Source of the DNA: Heptranchias perlo
Taxonomy: Eukaryota
Length of the DNA: 64,000 nt
Direction of reading: 5' to 3'
Assembly (NCBI RefSeq): GCF_035084215.1
Contig: NW_027139666.1
Coordinates: 930,001-994,000, forward strand
Shown: one piece after another, positions 56,597-64,000 of the stretch
Layout of the letters: every line of letters starts with the position of its first letter
How positions within the stretch are numbered: position 1 is the first letter of the stretch
Notes under the pieces: model-generated
The model's input: the letters and a program-made list of their open reading frames with translations, nothing else
Databases searched by the model: none
Told to the model about the DNA's origin: nothing
Position numbers and translations under genes: made by a program

Positions 56597-57751
56597 TGCG
56601 CATGCGTGACTCAGCCGCACCCCCGCGCTACTTGTTGGTGAGTGGAAGAGCGCATGCGCGATCCCCTCCCCCTGCTCGGCCGATTGGGGCCATTCCCTCA
56701 CTGAGCGGAAGAAGATGGTTTAAAACAGCCGGGAATGGAGAGATCATGGCCCCCGGGGGAAGGGAGCAAAGAGCAGCCTCGTTACAGCAGCTCATCGCTT
56801 CGGGATCGTGTCCGCAGATGGACTCAGAGATCGGCATTGAGTCCGGGGGAAGGTCAGGGGGAGTCCGGGGGCTTTTCGTAACAGGCGGAGTGGATCAGGA
56901 ACTTGTCCCGGAACATGGAGTGAGAGGGGGAAGGGAGAGGTCATTCTCGGGCTGTGTGTGTACCGGGTGTGTCCAGGGGAAGGGAGAGAGAATGGGGAGA
57001 AACTGCTATTTAAAATCATTGCTGCTTTCTCTTCCCAGACCAGTAGTGAATGTTCCAGGTTTAGTTCCAGTCTCACCCTGTTTGTTGTTTTTGGAGAGTG
57101 AAGAGTGGAAACAGAGCCGGACAGTAATGATATGTGGAATTATACAAAGAGCATCTATTGAAGGCACCAGGTGAGAAGTGTGAAGGACACAATTTAAACA
57201 ACTGCTGTTATATTTCTGTTGAAAGGTTATTCTCCTGGGAGAGGGAATTAGAAACCTGACCTGTACAAAGTCCCCGCCCCATCGGGTAGTCCCATTCATG
57301 GATCAGTGCGGGGGTTGGGTTGAGTCTGGATGTCACTAAATTGTTGTAAAACAGCCCAACACACCTGGTGTGCAGAAGCTGAGTGCTGCAGTACTGCAGT
57401 GGAGTCAGACACTGACACTCTTTGTATCGCTGATTTACATAATTATCATTAACAGAGCTATTAAACTTATCACTTTTGTATTTTCTACCTCACTGGTTCT
57501 GGAGTTACAACAGTTACTTTTTTCTTCTGACAGAAAAATACTTGAAGGGCCAAGAATAAATGTGATGCTTCCTCCATCCTAGGCACAAGGAACAGTGCAG
57601 CCAGCTCCTCCTCAAACACAGTCGGTACGTTATCATTCACAGAGACACAGACAGGTCATCAGTTCCACAGTCTCAGACAGCAGAAGCAGTCAGTCCCAAA
57701 CTGATCCCAATATCCGGCGGCACATTTTCAATCCAACACGGAAACAGAGCA
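56597..57751 (+). pseudogene. Gene X copy E (promoter; exons 56735-56877, 57099-57170, from 57534)
   Basis: NRF1-like sites at 56597 and 56650; exons 1-2 open and the same lengths as in copy C (143, 72 nt); TAG at 57580-57582; weakened splice sites. Confidence 0.5.
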
Positions 57752-58644
57752 GGTGAGGCAGACGCTGTTTCCATTTCCCCCTAACTCAGTACCACTGACA
57801 GGTAGATACAAAAATCCCAGTCCAAAGTCATGCTTTAAGATTGTCAATCCCACAGTAGGTTAACAGTAGCTACGAATAAAATACCAGATAGTAATCACAC
57901 ATGGTGCCCGATTGAAAGGTACGGAATGAATTGCAATAATGTAACCCGAGATTCAAATTGAATACTTGACCAGAACTCTCACACACATGTGAGTTTAATA
58001 CATGTCGTATCCATTCGAATAGTGTAGCATGAGATACAAATTGCATACAGGTCCAAAACTCTCATACAGTGTCAGATTGAGAAATGCTGTGACAGCGTAA
58101 CATGAGAAACAAATTAGATATCAGTTTATAATACACTCATGGTATGAGATTTAAAGATACAGTATCAATTCTATTAGTGCAGACTGAGATACACATTACA
58201 CAGTAGTCCAAAAATGTCATCATATCAGTTTGAAAGATACATTATCATTCAAATTTGTGTTCAGAGATACAGATTTAATCATAGTCCAAAAAGCACACAA
58301 ATTATCTGATTAAAAACCTCCAGCATCTTATCCGAAACATTAAGATATTAAAGCTAAATTATTGAACGCTATAATATAAACAGAGAGAATAATTTTACAG
58401 ACACAGAATGAATCCCACACTCGCATACCGTACCAGAGACTGAGACACGCAGAAGGAATCTCAAACTCACATACAATACCAGAGACTGACAGATACAAAA
58501 AGTGAATCCCACACTCACACACAGCACCAGAGACTGACAGGTAAAGTATGAATCCCACACTCACACAAGCTACCTGAGACTGAGATACAGAAAGAATCCC
58601 AAACTAACCTACAGTATGAGAAACTGCATATGTGGAAATAATAC

Positions 58645-59035
58645 ACACACACAGTACTAGAGAAGGTATATACAGACCGAAACCGACACACAGTACCAGA
58701 GAAGGTATATACAGAATGAATGCCACACACAGTACCAGAGAAGGTATATACAGAGTGAATCCCACACACAGCACAAGAGAAAGTATATACAGAATGAATC
58801 CCACACACAGCACAAGAGAAGGTATATACAGAATGAATCCCACACACAGTACTGGAGAAGGTATATACAGAGGGAATCCCACACACAGTACTGGAGAAGG
58901 TATATACAGAGTGAATCACATACACAGTTCTAGTGAAGGTATATACAGAGTGAATCCCACACACAGTAATAGAGAAGGTATATACAGAGTGAATCCCACA
59001 CACAGTACTAGAGAAGGTATATACAGAGTGAATCC
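58645..59035 (+). repeat. 39-bp minisatellite, ~10 copies, derived from the 46-bp unit
   Basis: CACACACAGTACTAGAGAAGGTATATACAGAGTGAATCC; 13-codon period visible in the ORF track. Confidence 0.9.
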
Positions 59036-59820
59036 CGCACTCACATAGAGTACCAGAGTGTGACAGATACAGAATCTATCGCACAATCACACACAGTACC
59101 AGAGACTGAGAGATCCCAAATGAATCTCACAGTCACCTACATTAGTACAGGCTGATTTACACTTAACATACCAGACCAAATATATCATAATGTCAGATTG
59201 AAAGATACATTATCAATTCCATTGGTGCAGACTGATCTACACATTACATATCACTACAAAAAAACTGACACAGATTCAGACTGAAATATACAGTATTCCA
59301 TTCACACAGACTGAGCTACACATTATATACAAGTTCAAAAATGTCACCATATCAGTTTGGAAGACACACCAAATCACAATTGTGTTTCCATCGATACAGA
59401 TTTAATAGAATTCCAAAAAGTGCCCACATTCTCTGATTATAACCTGCAACATTACATTTTGAAGTGTATCAGTATCTACCAATAAAAGACCGGGGAACAT
59501 ATTCATACATTAATGTATTAAAGTACAGTTTTGAATGCTGTACAATAAACGGAGATACAATTTACTTCAATATAATGAATGAATCTCACACTCAGATACA
59601 GTGCCAGAGACTGACATGTACAATGAATCCCATGCTCACACAATGTACCAGTGACTGGCAGATCCAGAGTGAATGCCGCACTCACACATTGTGGCACAGA
59701 CTGACAGATACAGAATTTATATCACTCACACACTGTATCAGAAATTAAGAGGTATGGAATGAATATCTCACTCACTTACAGCACCAGATACAAACACAAA
59801 CAGAATGAATCACTCATACA

Positions 59821-59826
59821 CGCGCG

Positions 59827-59870
<44 letters not shown>
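59821..59870. repeat. (CG)7(CA)18 microsatellite
   Basis: Read directly from the sequence. Confidence 0.95.
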
Positions 59871-59871
<1 letters not shown>

Positions 59872-62139
59872 CCAGAGACTGATAGGAACACAATTAATCC
59901 CACATTCACATACAGTACCAGTGATTGAGAGATACAGAATGAATCCCACACTCGCACACAGTACAAGAGACTGACAGATACAGAATGAACCCCACACCCA
60001 CACACAGTACCAGAGATTGACAGATACAGACTGAATCCCACACTCACACACAGTACCAGAGAATGACAGATACAGGATGAATCCCACACTCACACACAAT
60101 ACCAGGGACTGAGAGATAAAGAATTAATCACACACTCACACAAAGTACCACCGATTGACAGATACAGAATTAATCTCACAGTCATGTTACTGCAGACTGA
60201 GTTATACATCAGATACCAGTCCAAAAACCTCATAGTGTCTGATTGAAAGATGCAGTATCAATTCCATTAGTGCAGACTGATCTACATTTTATATACATTG
60301 CAAAATACTCATACAGTATTATACTGAAACATACAGTATCAATACCATTGGTACAGACTGAGCTACACGTTACACACAAGTCCAAAAACCTCATAAATGA
60401 TCAGACTGGAAGATGTAGTTTCAATTCTATTATCACAGACTGAGACACAGATTACATGGCAGTCCAACAATCTCATAAATGATGATTGGAAGATACAGTA
60501 TCAATTCTATTAGCACAGACTGAACTACACATTACATATCAGTCCGAAAATCTCATACAATATTAGGCTGAAAGATACAGTATCAATTTCATTAGTGCAG
60601 ACTGAACCACACATGATATAGCAGTCCAAGAATCTCAAAGAGTATCAGACTCAAAGATACAATATCAATTCCATTAGCACAGACTGAGGTACATGTGACA
60701 CACCAGTCCAAAAATCTCATAGAATATCACATTGAAAGATTCAGTATCACTTCCATTAGTGCAGACTGAGCTACATCTCACATTCCAGGCCAAAAATCTC
60801 ATACAGTATCAGACTGATAGAGACAGTATCCACTCCTTTAGTGCAGGATGAGCTACATTTAATACCAGTTCAAAAATCTCATACAGTGTTCGACTCAGAT
60901 ACAGAATTAATTCCATCAGTGCAGACTGAGCTGCACACTACATACCAGTCCAATAATTTCACTGTGAACAGATTGAAAGGTACATTATCATTCACAATAG
61001 AGTTCAGAGATTAAGATGTGATCCCACTCCAAAACTCACACACGTTGTTTGATTGAAGGAAATTAATATTTACAGATTAAATACACGATGAAGAACTATA
61101 TCATTTAAAGTGTTAAAGATACAGTTTCAAATACAATGCTGTAAACTGAAAGAAGAATACAGAATGAATCCAGACTTGCACATTGTCTCAGAGACTGAAT
61201 TACAGAATGAATCCCAAACTGAGATAAAGCAGCAGAGAATGGCAGATACAGAATGTATCCCACACTCAGATACAACACCAGAGATTGACAGATACAGAAT
61301 GTATCCCACACTCAGATACAACACCAGAGATTGACAGTTGCAGAGTTAATTCCACACTCACACATAGTACCAGAGACTGACTGATACAGAATGAACCCAT
61401 CACTTATATGCAGTACCTGAAACTGACAGATGCAGAATATACCCCATGCTCACACTCAAAAACAGAGTCTGACAGATACAGAATGAATCCCAACGTACCA
61501 GAGACTGACAGATACAGAATGAACCCATCACTTATATATAGTACCTGAAACTGACAGATGCAGAATATACCCCATGCTCACACTCAATAACAGAGTCTGA
61601 CAGATCCAGAATAAACCCCACCAGACACAGTACCAGAGACTGACCTCTACTGGACGTAAGCGAGAATTGTTAAAGAGCGGAAAAAAATTCACATTTCCTG
61701 TCGTGGTTACAGAAACAGGACAATGTGCAATGTGAGGAAAGTTTCTGTCTGTAACTTTTATTCTCGTATTTTTGCACATTTTGATAGTGAAAAATGAAGT
61801 CAATTGATTCATAATAATTTTTTTGTTTTACTCATTCGATAGTTGTGAATTTGCCCCATTATTTTTCACTTACATTGCGCAGTATTTCTCTCTAATTTCT
61901 CAGGATGATTTACATTGCTCCTCTGTCCCGTTTAGACTCTTAATTTCCAAGCAGTATGTGGCCTCCTTAATCCCCCTGCAAAATGCACCAGCTCACACCT
62001 TTCTAGATTGAAATTCAATGGCCATTTACACGGCCGTTCTGCAAGCTGATTTTGTCGTAGTCTTCCTCGATATAGACAATATACCCGAAATTAATTACAA
62101 GAATTTAAAACAGCGTTGCAAGTAGTGTTTGGTCCAACA

Positions 62140-62362
62140 GCTCGTCTCCAGTCCCAGTTTTTCTAAATCCCACTCGTGCAATATAATGTGAAGAATGAGT
62201 TGATCTTCTGTCCCTCTCTCATCTGTAAACTTCAATGACCCGGGGTTTGGGGACATCTACTGGCCGGAATCAGAACTGCAACAGTTTCGGAACAAATTGC
62301 TGAAACCGGACAATGTGCAGTGTGAGCGTGTTTGTGATTGGTGCCAGGTACTAAATCTGATT
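62140..62362 (+). promoter_or_regulatory. Second orphan distal H2B promoter segment joined to gene X
   Basis: Same junction as at 13322 (AAATCTGATTTTTT.AACCTGCCC). Confidence 0.75.
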
Positions 62363-62393
62363 TTTTCAACCTGCCCTGTTTGTGATTGAACAG

Positions 62394-63012
62394 TAAACAC
62401 AGTAAGGATGTGGGGAGTTATACAAAGAGCATCTATTGCAGGTATCATGTGAGAAATATGAAGGACACATTTTAAACAGCGGCTCTGTGGTTTTGGTTGA
62501 ACTGTTAGCCCCATCGGAGAGGGGATTAGAAGCCTGACCTGTGCAAAGGTCCCCGCCCCATCGGGTCGTCCCATTCATGGATCAGCGAAGGTGTTGGATT
62601 GTGTCTGGATGTCACTAAATGGTTGTAAAACAGCCCAACACACCTGGTGTACAGAAGCTGAGTACTGCAGTGGAGTCAGACACTGACACTGTTTGTATCA
62701 CTGGTTTTCATTTGTGTATATTACAATGATTATTAACAGAGAGATTCAATTGATCACTTTTGTATTTTCTACCTCACCTGTTCTTGAGTTACAAGACTTA
62801 ATTTCTCTTTCTACAGGCAAATACTTGAAGGACCCAGAATCAGTGTGATGTTTCCTCCGCAAGGAACAGTGCAGCCAGCTCCTTCTCACACACAGTATGT
62901 ACATTATCACTCAGAGCACAGAGACACAGACAAGTCGTCAGTTCCACAGTCTCACACAGCAGAAATAGTCAGTACCACACTGATCCCAATCCAACAGTCA
63001 AACAGAGCAGGA
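62394..63012 (+). pseudogene. Gene X copy F (damaged exon 2; exon 3 from 62817)
   Basis: Homology to copy B; TTTCTACAG acceptor at 62816. Confidence 0.45.
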
Positions 63013-63149
63013 GATACAGATGGAATTTCCATTTCTAAACAACTCAGTACCGCTGACCGGCAGATAAATAATTCCCAGTCCAAAATCACACCCACTATCA
63101 GATTGAAAGGCACTGTGTTAATCTCACATTAGTTCAGCATTAGCCACAA

Positions 63150-64000
63150 ATTAAATACCAGTTAGAACTGCCACATGGGACCGATTGATAGATACAGAAT
63201 GAATCACAATAGTGTACCCCGAGATTCAAATTAAATACCAGCCCACAACTCACACACATTATGAGTTTAAAGATGCAGTATTCATGCCAATAGTGTACAC
63301 TGAGATACAAATTAGATACCAGTTCAGATGTTACCCATATTTGACTCACATATATGTCCACGAACTTCATAGTGTCAGAATGAAATGTACAGTGTCAATT
63401 ACTTTACTGCAGACTGAGGTACACATTAGATACCAGTCCAAAATTCTCATACAGTATCAGATTGAAAGATACTATATCAATTCCATTAATACAGATTGAG
63501 CTGCTCATTATATACCAGTGCAAAATTCACATGCAGTATCGTACTGAAATATACAGTTTCAATTCCTTCACTGCAGACTGAGGTACACAGTAGATGCCAG
63601 TCCAAAAATCACATTCAGTGTCAGACTGAAAGACACAGTTTCGATTTGACTCGTATAGACGTTACATGCCAGTATACAAATCTCACACAGTATCAGACTG
63701 AAAGATACAGTATCAATCCCATTAGTGCAGACTGAGCGACACATCATATACTGGTCTAAAAATCTCAGTGACAGGTTGAAAGATACAGTATTAATTCCAA
63801 CAGTGCAGATTGAGCGACACATTATATATGGTCCAAAATTCGAATACAGTATCGTAATGAAAGATACAGTATCAATTTCATTACTGCAGACTGAGGTACA
63901 CATTTGTTACCAGTCCAAAATTCTCATACAGTATCAGATTGAAAGATGCATTATCAATTCCATTAGTGCAGACTGAGCTACACATTTCATACAGTCCAAA
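63150..64000 (+). repeat. Satellite, 82-bp units, running off the window end
   Basis: Parallel to 14150-15000. Confidence 0.88.

Larger units (their letters stand above)
58000..61640 (+). repeat. Composite 46/82-bp satellite
   Basis: Same units and AT-rich spacers as the other arrays. Confidence 0.88.

Overview
Eukaryotic genomic DNA, most likely from a cartilaginous fish. That assignment is an inference from the H2B/H1 sequences, the CR1/L2/Tx1 repeat content and the style of the C2H2 gene. The window covers part of a replication-dependent histone cluster with 9 intact genes (3 H2B, 2 H2A, 1 H3, 2 H4, 1 H1), all with 3' stem-loops, plus two H2A pseudogenes and several orphan histone promoter or 3'-end fragments. 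The histone genes sit in a segmentally duplicated module present in both orientations. It runs: H4-upstream fragment, a GC-rich promoter with NRF1-like sites, three splice-phase-compatible exons of an unrecognised gene, a composite 46-bp/82-bp satellite, CTCF-like sites, then the H2B promoter. The unrecognised gene has 7 partial copies, and only the one at 35663-34765 is open across all three exons. It is the most novel-looking element, followed by the regularly placed CTCF-like motifs and the histone variants (H3 V89I; H2B residue 87 is R, H or A). The right half also contains a variant tRNA-Gly(TCC), a young CR1 LINE nested in a hAT/Charlie remnant (its near-identical twin is at 29-30.6 kb), a decayed C2H2 zinc-finger gene, several VNTRs and old LINE fragments. 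All alignments and motif calls were made by eye.
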